This document shows positions 20,983-30,962 of a DNA stretch of 64,000 nucleotides, in pieces (position 1 is the first letter of the stretch; the number at the start of each line of letters is the position of its first letter). The translations under genes and the position numbers were made by a program. The notes under the pieces are model-generated. The model did no database searches. It saw nothing but the letters and a program-made list of their open reading frames with translations, and was not told the DNA's origin. The stretch comes from a virus (lineage: Duplodnaviria > Caudoviricetes), in IMG/VR virus record IMGVR_UViG_3300030330_006573, positions 64,001-128,000 of that record; one strand, written 5' to 3'.

Positions 20983-23298
20983 ATGGCTTCAGATAAAAAA
21001 ATATCAGACTTAAATCCGTATCCAGGGGATATAAAACCCACTGATAGTGATTTATTTATAACAGCAAGAGAGGATTTTTCAAATTTTAAAATACCTTTCT
21101 CTATACTATCTCAACATTCAGCAGAAAGGGCAAACTCTGCTTTTGTTACTGGCGATCAAACAATAGATGGGATTAAAACTTTTCAAGAGTTTATACTCGG
21201 AAATGTTAGCGGAAACCTTTCGGGTATAGCGAGACATGTTCAAGACGGCGTATATGTTACTGGTGATCAGGCGATAGATGGAATTAAAACATTTAATGAA
21301 TTTATTTTAGCAAATGTTAGCGGAAATTTGTCTGGGATAGCAAGACATGTTCAAGATGGAGTTTATACAACTGGAAATCAAACGATAGGCGGAGAAAAAA
21401 CTTTTCAGGAATTTATTCTTGGTAATGTTAGTGGCAATCTATCTGGAACTGCCAGAAAGGTACAAGATGGAGTTTATATTACTGGCGATCAAACGATTGG
21501 GGGAGTAAAAACATTTTCTGAATTTATAGATGGAAATGTCAGCGGTAATCTTTCTGGGACAGCTTTTGAAGTATTAAACGGAGTATATTTAACTGGTGAT
21601 CAAACCATTGGTGGAAATAAGTTATTCTCAAATCCAATAAGCGGAAATCTATCAGGAACAGCTAGGCATGTCCAAGATGGGGTGTATACAACTGGAAATC
21701 AAGATATTGGAGGAATAAAAACATTCAGTAATCCAATTGTTGGGGATTTATCTGGACTAGCCTCAGGGGTATTTAATGGAGTTTATATTACAGGAGATCA
21801 AACGATTGATGGAGAGAAAACGTTTTCTAAGTTTATTCTTGGAAATGTGAGCGGAAACTTATCTGGAACAGCTTTTGAAGTATTAAACGGAGTTTATACG
21901 ACAGGAGATCAAGATATAACTGGAATTAAAAATTTTACAGAAGAGCTTTTAGTTAGCGGAAGTAGAGTACTCACAGAATCTAATTTTGGAGGATCAATAC
22001 AAGATGTTGTATATCAAACTGGATCCCAAACAGTATCAGGAAATAAAACTTTTGAAGATTTAATAATTCCAATAGGAGGAATAAGATCTGACATTAGTAA
22101 AACAGCACTAGCTATAACAGACGGAAGAAACCCTGTATTATTTACTGGAGTTTCTGGATCTCTAAATCTAGCTTTTGAAAATGATGTCTACATTACTGGC
22201 GGAGTAGGTGGAGACAAAGCAAACTTACATGTTGAAGGAACAATTATAGCAGACCGAATAGACTCGTTAGATGAGATAGTTGGCGAAACTGGAGGTATGG
22301 TATTCACAGATGGTCGTGACCCAGCGCTATTCGAAGGGCCAGACAAGAGTTTAACATTAGCTTTCGAAAACGACGTTTATATTACTGGAGGCGTCGGAGG
22401 AGACAAAGCAAACCTACATGTTGAAGGAACTGTTATAGCTGACCGAATAGACTCTCTAGACGAAATAGTTGGCGAAACTGGAGGCATGATATTTACAGAT
22501 GGTCGTGACCCAGCACTATTTGAGGGTCCAGATAAGAGTCTAACATTAGCTTTCGAAAACGATGTTTACATTACTGGTGGAGTTGGGGGAGATAAGGCAA
22601 ACCTGCATGTTGAAGGAACTGTTATAGCAGACCGAATAGACTCTCTGGATGAAATCATCGGAGAATCTGGTGCAATGGTATTCACTGACGGTAGGGATCC
22701 AGCTTTATTTGAAGGCCCAGATAAAAGCTTAACAATGGCTTTTGAAAGCGGTGTTCACATAAGTGGAGAACAGGGACAACAAGCAGATTTAACTGTTAAT
22801 GGTCTAGGAACTTTTAGCGGATTAAGAGTATTAGGAGATTTCACTATAGACAATGAATTAATTAATGATTTTATTTATGTTCATTTTCAGCAAGATTTAA
22901 GTGCATCTCAAGACTTTTTCATACCTCTTCATATAGGAGAGGGGTCAACTATAGAAAATAATCAACCATTTGCAAGCCAAGGGCATACTATTTTAGCCCC
23001 TTATGATGGTAGGATAAAAAGTATATTATTTAGAGCAAGGGGTGGAGCTAGAGATCCAGGAAATACGACTTTTAAAATATGCACAGGACATAATGATAAT
23101 ATCGTAAACCCAGCAACAGATGTTTTCGATGTAGAAAGTGTGACAATAAATGGATGTGACCGAGAGAGTATTTACGAGTTTGATTTTTCAGATGCACAAC
23201 ATTTTAATCAAGGAACGGTTTTCCTTATAAAAGGAAGAGTCTCTAATGTTACAGATGCTCATGTAACTCTAACAGCACATGTAGAGTATACAACTTAA
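20983..23298 (+). CDS. Tail fibre protein with two internal repeat families
   Basis: KKISDL N-terminal anchor; about six ~39-aa repeats VYxTGDQTIxGxKTF..GNVSGNLSG; about three 63-aa repeats TDGRDPALFEGPDKSLTLAFENDVYITGGVGGDKANLHVEG. Confidence 0.8.
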   Translation: MASDKKISDLNPYPGDIKPTDSDLFITAREDFSNFKIPFSILSQHSAERANSAFVTGDQTIDGIKTFQEFILGNVSGNLSGIARHVQDGVYVTGDQAIDGIKTFNEFILANVSGNLSGIARHVQDGVYTTGNQTIGGEKTFQEFILGNVSGNLSGTARKVQDGVYITGDQTIGGVKTFSEFIDGNVSGNLSGTAFEVLNGVYLTGDQTIGGNKLFSNPISGNLSGTARHVQDGVYTTGNQDIGGIKTFSNPIVGDLSGLASGVFNGVYITGDQTIDGEKTFSKFILGNVSGNLSGTAFEVLNGVYTTGDQDITGIKNFTEELLVSGSRVLTESNFGGSIQDVVYQTGSQTVSGNKTFEDLIIPIGGIRSDISKTALAITDGRNPVLFTGVSGSLNLAFENDVYITGGVGGDKANLHVEGTIIADRIDSLDEIVGETGGMVFTDGRDPALFEGPDKSLTLAFENDVYITGGVGGDKANLHVEGTVIADRIDSLDEIVGETGGMIFTDGRDPALFEGPDKSLTLAFENDVYITGGVGGDKANLHVEGTVIADRIDSLDEIIGESGAMVFTDGRDPALFEGPDKSLTMAFESGVHISGEQGQQADLTVNGLGTFSGLRVLGDFTIDNELINDFIYVHFQQDLSASQDFFIPLHIGEGSTIENNQPFASQGHTILAPYDGRIKSILFRARGGARDPGNTTFKICTGHNDNIVNPATDVFDVESVTINGCDRESIYEFDFSDAQHFNQGTVFLIKGRVSNVTDAHVTLTAHVEYTT
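21140..21940 (+). repeat. Coding tandem repeats, ~117 nt period (some shorter units)
   Basis: Recurring actgg(c/t/a)gatcaa...aaaac(t/a)ttt...agcggaaa units; boundaries approximate. Confidence 0.85.
22117..22745 (+). repeat. Coding tandem repeats, 189 nt period
   Basis: acagatggtcgtgacccagc at 22306 and 22495 (189 apart); about 3.3 copies; boundaries approximate. Confidence 0.88.
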
Positions 23299-23642
23299 GA
23301 ATCAAGTTTTTTATAAAAGATAAAAGATATTAAGGGCCAAGAAAATGCGCCGTATAATATTATCCAAGGCGTGCACTCAGTTATTAGGTGAATACAGAGT
23401 CCAGTGATCCAAGAAAGGTGAGTGGCTAGACACAATGGACACATTATTAATTCTCCAAGTGTCCCGCAATTTAAAGCAACATGTTGCTCCCAATCATCTC
23501 TAGTGTAAAATTTTTCTTTCTTTTTATTAAAGAAATTTTTTATATCATAAAAATGAACGGGAAGATTTGTATAATTCCAACATACAATTAAATTAGATAC
23601 AATTATAGCACCTAAAAAGTAATTAATTATCTCTTCTGTCAT
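23295..23642 (-). CDS. Small membrane protein, DUF1360-like
   Basis: LGELIMCPLCLATHLS motif flanked by hydrophobic segments. Confidence 0.6.
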   Translation of the reverse strand: MTEEIINYFLGAIIVSNLIVCWNYTNLPVHFYDIKNFFNKKKEKFYTRDDWEQHVALNCGTLGELIMCPLCLATHLSWITGLCIHLITECTPWIILYGAFSWPLISFIFYKKLDS

Positions 23643-23851
23643 AATAAGCGAGCCTGTATTAATTTTTTATATTTACTAATTAAACCTTTTTTTCTGCAAG
23701 AAGAACATCCTTTGCCTTTATTTTTAAGTTCGGACTCATATTGATTCTTTAATTCGATGCAGTCCTTAAGCTCTTTTGCATTTTTGCAAAAATTAGTTCC
23801 TTGATTAGTAAAGAAAGAACCTATTATTTCATTTATTCTTTTTTCATTCAT
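23639..23851 (-). CDS. Hypothetical protein with CxxC
   Basis: KGCSSCRK; overlaps neighbours. Confidence 0.6.
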   Translation of the reverse strand: MNEKRINEIIGSFFTNQGTNFCKNAKELKDCIELKNQYESELKNKGKGCSSCRKKGLISKYKKLIQARLL

Positions 23852-24240
23852 TACAATTCAATTTTAATATTTTTGCTTTCTACTTTTTTACCCTTCAGCT
23901 CTTCTGGGTGCCTAGCTCCACCTCTTTTTTTAGCATAATCATCAAAATGTTTTTGTTTAATTGGATCGACACCGCCATTTTGATCCGCTCTTTTTTGGGA
24001 AAGTTCAGCGCTTCTATCTAAAAGGTCTCCATAAGTGCCCTTTTGCTTTCCAGTTTTTTCGACAAATTGCCTTGAGTCCCAAGGGTCAATATCGCTACCA
24101 GTTGTATTTAACTGAGAGGTTGTAAAAACTCTTTTCCACTCAATACCTTCATCGTCAATATATTTTTTATCATCATTCATGTGGAAGAATATCTCCTTAT
24201 ACTCTTCTTTTTCTGGATGTTTGAATATATACTCAGGCAT
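23851..24240 (-). CDS. FmdB-like regulatory protein (Cys-less)
   Basis: MPEYIFKHP..E..EIFF.M.D..G..WKRVF resembles the FmdB N-terminus without the cysteines. Confidence 0.55.
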   Translation of the reverse strand: MPEYIFKHPEKEEYKEIFFHMNDDKKYIDDEGIEWKRVFTTSQLNTTGSDIDPWDSRQFVEKTGKQKGTYGDLLDRSAELSQKRADQNGGVDPIKQKHFDDYAKKRGGARHPEELKGKKVESKNIKIEL

Positions 24241-25321
24241 TTTGAATAATTGAAAGTATTGAATCTAAGGTATTTTTATAAGAAAACTTCTCTTTTAAAG
24301 ATACACCCTTTTTATTTTCTTTGTTGTAAAGTTCTTCAGATCTATCAAAGGCATTTAAAATATCTTCTTTGTTAAATGTGTTTATATTGCCTTGATTGAA
24401 TGGAGAATCTTTTTTGAAGAAAACTCCATCTTCAGATGTAGTTTCCCCAGAGGGTTTGACTAATATACTATTTTCTTCATTAGCCCAATCCTTGTGAGAT
24501 GTAGAATTTAAAACTATACTCCATTTACCCAAACATGTAGCATTGAAAGCTGGAAGATTCCATCCTTCTGCACCACTTAATCCAGACAAGTCAATATCTA
24601 TTGCATTTAAAAATTCATTAACTTCAGAATTAGTTTTCAATCTTGGAAGAAAATTTATGTTAGAGTATTTTTGTCCTTGAAGAGCATTACCTATTATAGA
24701 ATTCATCTGCTTTTCATTAAAAAACGGATTAACAACACAACATGTAAGCTGATAATCTGGATTATTGCCGTATTTTTCAGCCCATATTCTAATAATTTGT
24801 TCGGTATGCTTTCTTTTTTCCCATTTGCCCATCAATCCATAATGAATCTTGCCATCTAAATATTCTTTACCAGTATTAAAGAAATCTTCATCAAAACCAA
24901 GAGGTACATTATAAACATTTTCACAGTTAACATTTTCAAAGCATTCTTTAGCATGATTACTACTGAATATAACACCCTCTTGAAAATCAACTAAACTTTT
25001 CTCTGTGAAAGTTGGATTATCTAATTCATAAAATGAATAAAGAAAGTTTTTGTTACCTATGGACTCCTCGCTTCCATTGATGTGCCATATGGATAAACAA
25101 GGAATATCTTTTTTTAAAGTGGTGTACCTAGAATTAGTAGAGTTTTCTAGCCAACTTTTAAAATCTTCGTCCATTTTATCGTATGCAGAAAAATCAAAAT
25201 TATTTGAGATTGGAAAGATTGAAGCTTTTATATCTGACTTATATAATTCTCTGGCAATATTATATGAGACATTGCCAAACGAAAGATTATTAAAAGCAGC
25301 TTTAAAAATTATTTTATTCAT
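24233..25321 (-). CDS. Glycosyltransferase, GT4-like
   Basis: VPLGFD; GKWEKRK; AEGWNLPAFNATCLG; probable start ATG 25321. Confidence 0.8.
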   Translation of the reverse strand: MNKIIFKAAFNNLSFGNVSYNIARELYKSDIKASIFPISNNFDFSAYDKMDEDFKSWLENSTNSRYTTLKKDIPCLSIWHINGSEESIGNKNFLYSFYELDNPTFTEKSLVDFQEGVIFSSNHAKECFENVNCENVYNVPLGFDEDFFNTGKEYLDGKIHYGLMGKWEKRKHTEQIIRIWAEKYGNNPDYQLTCCVVNPFFNEKQMNSIIGNALQGQKYSNINFLPRLKTNSEVNEFLNAIDIDLSGLSGAEGWNLPAFNATCLGKWSIVLNSTSHKDWANEENSILVKPSGETTSEDGVFFKKDSPFNQGNINTFNKEDILNAFDRSEELYNKENKKGVSLKEKFSYKNTLDSILSIIQNA

Positions 25322-25335
25322 TTTTATATTGTAAA

Positions 25336-25746
25336 TTACCAAGGGATATCTTCAAAATCTTCTTCAGATTGACTTTGAATGTCTTTTTCTATTTGGATAT
25401 CTTTGGACAAATCTTCTATTTGATCAACCTTAATTATTTTTTTGTCGTTTTTAACATTGATTATTTTAATAAAGTCTGCCGTGCAATAAGTCTTGCTTTG
25501 GTGGTTTCCAGATTTATCTTTCCATGAGTTAAATTTCAACTTACCTTCAACAAATACAAGCGATCCTTTGCTAAGGATTTTATTGCAGTTTTCAGCTATT
25601 CTATCCCAGGCTTCAATTTCAATCCATAAGGTTTCTTTATTTAATGTTATTCCAATTGAAAATGTAATTTTCTTCTTTCCGCTATCAAATACATTAAACT
25701 TTGGGTCTGAAGAAAGGTAGCCCATACCTAAGAACTTATTTATCAT
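25336..25746 (-). CDS. ssb: Single-stranded DNA-binding protein
   Basis: INKFLGMGYLSSDP; LSKGSLVFVEGKL..NSWKDKSG; acidic tail EDIPW. Confidence 0.92.
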   Translation of the reverse strand: MINKFLGMGYLSSDPKFNVFDSGKKKITFSIGITLNKETLWIEIEAWDRIAENCNKILSKGSLVFVEGKLKFNSWKDKSGNHQSKTYCTADFIKIINVKNDKKIIKVDQIEDLSKDIQIEKDIQSQSEEDFEDIPW

Positions 25747-26320
25747 TTATCAATCCTTCTTTTATTTTGTTTATAAAATTGTTGTGAATATTTATGCACC
25801 CTTGGATGCTCATTCCAACATGTTTGCATACATTCTTCCAAGGCATTACCTTGTTTTTTTCTCCTTCAACATATCTTAGATTGAATATTTTTTCAACCCT
25901 AGAATCAGAATCTATCTTTGCCATAGAAAAAACTTTTCTTAAAACTTCTTGGTTAATCATATTTTTAAGATCAATAGGGTTAGATTCTATTGGTGCATTT
26001 ACTGTGGATTTATACATCAAATCTAAGTTGGACAAGACTCTTTTATTCTTTGTGTTAATATTTAAACACATCCACTTAGTCTTATTAGCTAAGTATGTAG
26101 AAAACTTGCTTTTTTTGTCGAAGTCGTACTCTTTGGCTGCATAAAAAATATGGTATTTGCATTCTCCAAACAATTCTTCTTTTAATGATGTGTTTGAGTC
26201 GGCTATATAAGAATTTACCATTTTGTAATAGATGTTTGAATGAAGACTCGCCAATCTATCTAAAGAAAATTCAACCTTAATTCCTTCTTGTATATTTTTT
26301 ACTAATATTAAATCATTCAT
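25736..26320 (-). CDS. Phage-encoded sigma70-family sigma factor
   Basis: AAKEYDFDKKSKFSTY (region 2 motif); IFNLRY..MPWKNVCKHVGMS region-4-like HTH. Confidence 0.75.
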   Translation of the reverse strand: MNDLILVKNIQEGIKVEFSLDRLASLHSNIYYKMVNSYIADSNTSLKEELFGECKYHIFYAAKEYDFDKKSKFSTYLANKTKWMCLNINTKNKRVLSNLDLMYKSTVNAPIESNPIDLKNMINQEVLRKVFSMAKIDSDSRVEKIFNLRYVEGEKNKVMPWKNVCKHVGMSIQGCINIHNNFINKIKEGLINDK

Positions 26321-26856
26321 TTTATTTTATTTAAAAATTTTAAAACTAAATCCCTAGGTTCAGAGGAGTTAAAGTCGCAGAAGTTTTTCCAGTTAAAATG
26401 ATAGTCACACATTTTTTTAACTATTGGGTCATTCTCCTCTTCTTCTTTGTTGGGAGGTTTATTGCCATCTCTTTCTATATGAATACAAAATCCGCCTAAA
26501 TCTTTTATTTTAGATACTTCGTTGGGGAATCTAACATCTGTTATAAAATGATTATATTCATCCTTAAAACGACTTATCTCTTCTTCTATTTTATTTATCC
26601 AATATAAACCATTGGATACAGCTCTTTTTTGCATTCCGTATGCTACAAGAATTGGTCTTATTATTTTTTTATCTTCTATGTCGTCGCTAAAGGCACTAAT
26701 TCCAAAACTAGAAATCAAGAAATTATCAGTTTCTTTTTTTAATTCATCAGCGAATGCTAATCTAATATTAGATTTTTCATTAAAATAGAATTTTTCAGCA
26801 AAGTTAAAGAAAGAATCCTTTCCACTTCTAGCTAAACCACACAATCCAACTATCAT
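26317..26856 (-). CDS. Deoxynucleoside monophosphate kinase
   Basis: GLCGLARSGKD P-loop; LAFADELK; ITDVRFPNE. Confidence 0.88.
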   Translation of the reverse strand: MIVGLCGLARSGKDSFFNFAEKFYFNEKSNIRLAFADELKKETDNFLISSFGISAFSDDIEDKKIIRPILVAYGMQKRAVSNGLYWINKIEEEISRFKDEYNHFITDVRFPNEVSKIKDLGGFCIHIERDGNKPPNKEEEENDPIVKKMCDYHFNWKNFCDFNSSEPRDLVLKFLNKIK

Positions 26857-27392
26857 TTTCCAGTACTTCCAAATCCGCCTTTACCTCTAGAGCTAGAACT
26901 GTGACCACTTATTTCCTCAATTCTAGGATGAATATGTTTTGAAAATATAACTTGAGCAATCCTATCGCCTTTTTGATAAATTTTTGAATTGTCTATGGCA
27001 AGAAGCATGTGCTTGCCATCTAATATTGTATAGTTTTCTGGTTGAGGTATATATTTAAATCTAATTTTTATAGTATCTCTATATCCAGAATCTATTACTC
27101 CAACTGAGTTGCATAAACTTAGATTGTATTTGCTTATACTAGATCTAGGAAAAAGTAAAGAATAGAAATCATAATCAGAATAATCATCTGAGCTTGGCTC
27201 TATGGAAACATTTGTTTCATATTCTATATAAGAAATATTTTTGAAAAAATACCCTTGGTATATTTCGCCCTTTATCTTTGGAGCACTAGCTGCGTAAATG
27301 TCATATCCTGCATCTCCAGAATGTTTTGGTAAATCAATTTTACCATCTTGAATGTTATCCAACCCTTTTAAAGAAATTTTTAATCGTTCCAT
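26853..27392 (-). CDS. dut: Trimeric dUTPase
   Basis: GDAGYD; PRSS; GVIDSGYR; GDRIAQ; RGKGGFGSTG. Confidence 0.95.
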   Translation of the reverse strand: MERLKISLKGLDNIQDGKIDLPKHSGDAGYDIYAASAPKIKGEIYQGYFFKNISYIEYETNVSIEPSSDDYSDYDFYSLLFPRSSISKYNLSLCNSVGVIDSGYRDTIKIRFKYIPQPENYTILDGKHMLLAIDNSKIYQKGDRIAQVIFSKHIHPRIEEISGHSSSSRGKGGFGSTGK

Positions 27393-27721
27393 ATGTCACT
27401 CTTTGAGTCTCCATCTATTCCAGCTTTAATTATACTTGAGTATTGTTTTGATAAAGAATGCATTCCTGCATCAGCTAAAACTCTTGGTGTGTATAGTAGA
27501 TTTACTAAATCAGGATTTATAGCTTCATCGCAAGAGAGTTTGTTCATGTCGTAAACTACTATACTTTGAGCTAGGCATAAGTTTTTTCCAAAAATTACAT
27601 TAGCCTCCTCTAATGCAACTGCTGCCGCCTCCTTTTCGTCAGAAGCTAAAACAGACCCTTCCCAGTTAGCACACTGAACAAAGAAAAATTTTCCCGAATC
27701 ATCCTCCGTTTTCCTTATCAT
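27380..27721 (-). CDS. Hypothetical protein
   Basis: 113-aa ORF heading the minus-strand operon. Confidence 0.65.
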   Translation of the reverse strand: MIRKTEDDSGKFFFVQCANWEGSVLASDEKEAAAVALEEANVIFGKNLCLAQSIVVYDMNKLSCDEAINPDLVNLLYTPRVLADAGMHSLSKQYSSIIKAGIDGDSKSDIWND

Positions 27722-27860
27722 ACAAGACCTAAACTAAACGAAAACTGAAAAAATTCAACCCTTTTTATAAATTATTTAAGGAAAAATATAATTTATACCT
27801 TGATAAATTACTATAATATTATTTTTAATATATATATATTATTATATAAAGGAGGATTTT
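27722..27860. promoter_or_regulatory. Very AT-rich divergent promoter region
   Basis: Separates the minus-strand DNA-metabolism operon from the plus-strand glycan cluster; TATAAT-like boxes; AAAGGAGG Shine-Dalgarno before TTG 27861. Confidence 0.6.
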
Positions 27861-28727
27861 TTGGATTATTTCTTAGTAGATGACTCGGTTGAGGGTGTTG
27901 GTGGAACGATGCTAACCCTTGATGCTATAATCGAACCAAATCTAGAAAATGTATCTTTCATAAAAACTTCAGAATTTAGCTTAAAGGATGCCTTCAGGTC
28001 TAACTCGTTTTTTATATTCGGAAACATTATGGGTTTTTCGGCGAACTCTCTCGATGCAATAAAATATTGCATGGAAAACTCTCCTTTTGTTAAAATTGAA
28101 TTTGACTATGGGTATTGCAAAAACAGAGGTAGGATTCCTCACAAAATACTTAGCGGCACTGATTGCGATTGTCCTAAATCGCACTTGAGTGAGCTTTATG
28201 ATTTGATTAGATCAAAAAGTCTTCATATTTTCTATATGTCAAAAGGTCAAATGGAAATACATAACGAGGATCTGAAACCTATAAAAAAAGACCTTCAATC
28301 AATTCTTTCTTCTTGCTTTTTGAAATCCAACTTGTTACTATTTAATCAGTTGAAAATTAAAGAAAAAAATTCAAAGTATGCAATAATTGATGGCAACGGA
28401 GGTTGGCACAGCAAAGCTAAAGGAGTAGACCAAAGCATTGCTTATGCGGAAGAAAATAACTTTAACTACGACTTAATAAAAACAAACTCACATGTAGATT
28501 TACTGCATAAATTATCTGATTACAAGGCATTAATATCATTACCTATAATTCATGATACATGCCCAAGAATAACAATAGAAGCCAGATATATGGGACTTGA
28601 AGTAATCACTAATGACTTTTCACAACATATAACTGAAGATTGGTGGAAAGGTACTGATGAAGAAGCTTTATCATTCACATCTTCTAGGCCAGATTTCTTT
28701 TGGCAAAAAATAAAATGTTTAAACTAA
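27861..28727 (+). CDS. Glycosyltransferase, GT-B fold (GT4-like)
   Basis: AKGVD; HDTCPRITIEARYMGLEVITN. Confidence 0.7.
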   Translation: MDYFLVDDSVEGVGGTMLTLDAIIEPNLENVSFIKTSEFSLKDAFRSNSFFIFGNIMGFSANSLDAIKYCMENSPFVKIEFDYGYCKNRGRIPHKILSGTDCDCPKSHLSELYDLIRSKSLHIFYMSKGQMEIHNEDLKPIKKDLQSILSSCFLKSNLLLFNQLKIKEKNSKYAIIDGNGGWHSKAKGVDQSIAYAEENNFNYDLIKTNSHVDLLHKLSDYKALISLPIIHDTCPRITIEARYMGLEVITNDFSQHITEDWWKGTDEEALSFTSSRPDFFWQKIKCLN

Positions 28728-29443
28728 TAATACCTTGCTACGGAGATCAATCTGATAACTTAGATAATCTAGCTAAAAGTATAGACTCTCAAAAAACCGA
28801 TTTTGAAGTTGAATGTTTTTTTCTCGAAGACCAAATTTCTGAAGATTTTAGGCTGAAGCTGCAAAAGTTATGTGGAGTGCCTAATAACAAATTCTTAGTT
28901 GAAAATAATTCTGGCAAAAGACTTTTTGCCTTAAAAAATATTTGCAGATTTCTTGATTCTTTCGACTGGTCTAATGAGGAAGATGATTGCATTATAGGTC
29001 TAATAGATGGAGATGATTATTTATGGGGCAACGATTGTCTTCAAAATGTAAAAAATGAATACGACAAAGGTCATTCAGTCGTCTGGACTGGGAATGAGTG
29101 GGATAAGTTTGGCTTAAATCACTCTGGCCCTTACGAAGATAAAAATAAAGATCCATATACCCATCCTTGGGTGTCTAGCCACTTTAGAACTTTTAAACTT
29201 TCTGATTACTTTTCCATACCTAAGTCTAATTTTAAAAATAAAGATGGAGAATGGTTTGAGGCTTGTTATGACCAAGCTCTCATGCTTCCAATCCTTCATA
29301 ATATATTAAAATCTGGGGGGTCAACAAAATACATTGATAAAACCCACTACATATATCGTGGAAATGTTAAAGAGGAATCTATTTTCAGAGAGAAGCAATT
29401 GGAATATGAGTCATTCATAAGGACGAGAGGATATCTTAAATAA
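28715..29443 (+). CDS. Glycosyltransferase family 2
   Basis: LIIPCY; IDGDDYL; DQALMLP; probable start ATG 28715. Confidence 0.8.
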   Translation: MFKLIIPCYGDQSDNLDNLAKSIDSQKTDFEVECFFLEDQISEDFRLKLQKLCGVPNNKFLVENNSGKRLFALKNICRFLDSFDWSNEEDDCIIGLIDGDDYLWGNDCLQNVKNEYDKGHSVVWTGNEWDKFGLNHSGPYEDKNKDPYTHPWVSSHFRTFKLSDYFSIPKSNFKNKDGEWFEACYDQALMLPILHNILKSGGSTKYIDKTHYIYRGNVKEESIFREKQLEYESFIRTRGYLK

Positions 29444-30348
29444 TGAATTTTTACATAGACAAAATTAATAAATCAAAAGGTCCGTTCATATTCTCCACTA
29501 GATTAAAGAATGAATTAGAAAAACAAGGTTTGACCTATGATGTAGATTCTGAAAATAGATTATGCATAATCACGGGAAAATACAAAGATGGAGCTAACAA
29601 CATACTTAGACTTGATGGACTTTACCTTGATTCTGGTCATAGGCTAGGCAACAGTGCTTCTAAAAATAAACCAATTTTTAAATGTTATAAAAAATTTGAC
29701 CACATAATTTTTCAATCTATTTATGCTAAAAAAGTATACGAAGCATTTACTGAGACAGAACGCCCTAACTCAATAATACTTAATGGAGTTTGCGATTTCT
29801 TTTTCGATGAAATTGAACCAGTAAAAAAACCAGAAGGCTTTGATAAGGTAGTCGTAGCTTCCAGCACATGGAGAAGACATAAAAGAATCCAAGAATGCAT
29901 TAATGCATTTAGAGACCCTAGGTTAAAAGATGTTGCATTAGTGATTTTAGGCGGCTTCAAAAATGTTGGATTAAAGAATGTATTTTCTCTCCCTAAAATC
30001 CCTTACAATGATTTGCCTAAATACTATCAAATGGGAGATGCCATGATACACCTTTGCTGGTTAGATTGCTGTCCTAATTCTGTAGTTGAAGGTCTAGCTA
30101 GTGGCTTACCTGTTGTATGCTCTCACAACGGAGGAACGAAAGAGCTAGTCAAAGATGACGGAATAGTTATCCAGTTAGAAGAAGATTATAAATACGGAAG
30201 TATGGTAAACCTTTATAACCCTCCTAAAGTTGACACAAATATTATAGTAGAAGCTATTTTGAAATCCCTAGACATGCCAAGAGTAAAAAATAGAGACGAC
30301 TTGAAAATGTCTAACGTTGCTTTATCATACAAAAAACTATTTAAATAA
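29443..30348 (+). CDS. Glycosyltransferase family 4
   Basis: IILNGV; DCCPNSVVEGLASGLPVVCSHNGGTKELV. Confidence 0.9.
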   Translation: MNFYIDKINKSKGPFIFSTRLKNELEKQGLTYDVDSENRLCIITGKYKDGANNILRLDGLYLDSGHRLGNSASKNKPIFKCYKKFDHIIFQSIYAKKVYEAFTETERPNSIILNGVCDFFFDEIEPVKKPEGFDKVVVASSTWRRHKRIQECINAFRDPRLKDVALVILGGFKNVGLKNVFSLPKIPYNDLPKYYQMGDAMIHLCWLDCCPNSVVEGLASGLPVVCSHNGGTKELVKDDGIVIQLEEDYKYGSMVNLYNPPKVDTNIIVEAILKSLDMPRVKNRDDLKMSNVALSYKKLFK

Positions 30349-30350
30349 AA

Positions 30351-30962
30351 ATGAATGATTTAAAAGATTTTTTTAAAAATAAAACGGTAGCTATTGTCGG
30401 TAATGCCATGAACATATATAACAAAAATTACGGAGACTTAATCGACGATCATGATATCGTAGTAAGAATGAATCATGCACCAATGCAAAAACCCATAAAC
30501 GAAGGCAAAAAAACAACAATTATTGCTTTCTGCGGAGGAGGAACTGGTGCCAGGGGAGAAACTCATAATTTCAATGATCTTGCCAAAAAATTTAAAAACG
30601 CTGATATAAAAATATTAGCTTTGAACGAAAGCGGATTACTAAAAATTAGAGCAAGTAATAGATTATTAAATAATTGTTTTTTTGCTGGAGATTCCATAAA
30701 AACATATTGTAGATCTCAGACTGACGGAAAAAAACCTAGCTCTGGATGGCTGATGATGCATTATATAAATATTTGTGATAAGCCTAAATCTGTTTCTGTC
30801 TTTGGTTACGACTGGAAAAAAACTAGAAGCAATTGGCATCCAGAAGTAACAGAAAGAGATCGTGATGGAAATATTCTTTCTTCGCACACTCATCATTGGC
30901 AAAAAGAAGAAATATTATGTAAATCCATAATTAAAGAAAATAATTGGAAATTATATGAGTGA
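30351..30962 (+). CDS. GT29 (sialyltransferase)-like protein
   Basis: VAIVGNA...GDLIDDHDIVVRMN (sialylmotif L); KPSSG...VFGYD (motif S); HHWQKE (motif VS, HxxxxE). Confidence 0.78.
   Translation: MNDLKDFFKNKTVAIVGNAMNIYNKNYGDLIDDHDIVVRMNHAPMQKPINEGKKTTIIAFCGGGTGARGETHNFNDLAKKFKNADIKILALNESGLLKIRASNRLLNNCFFAGDSIKTYCRSQTDGKKPSSGWLMMHYINICDKPKSVSVFGYDWKKTRSNWHPEVTERDRDGNILSSHTHHWQKEEILCKSIIKENNWKLYE

Noticed and set aside
21140-21940. Regularly spaced repeats as a CRISPR array
   Set aside because: Degenerate at third codon positions, inside an intact ORF, no unique spacers or cas genes
22117-22745. Near-identical repeats as a DGR template/variable pair
   Set aside because: Tandem and in frame, differences mostly synonymous and not adenine-specific; no reverse transcriptase in the window
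27770-27850. AT-rich tract as a replication origin
   Set aside because: No iterons or DnaA boxes seen; adequately explained as a divergent promoter region
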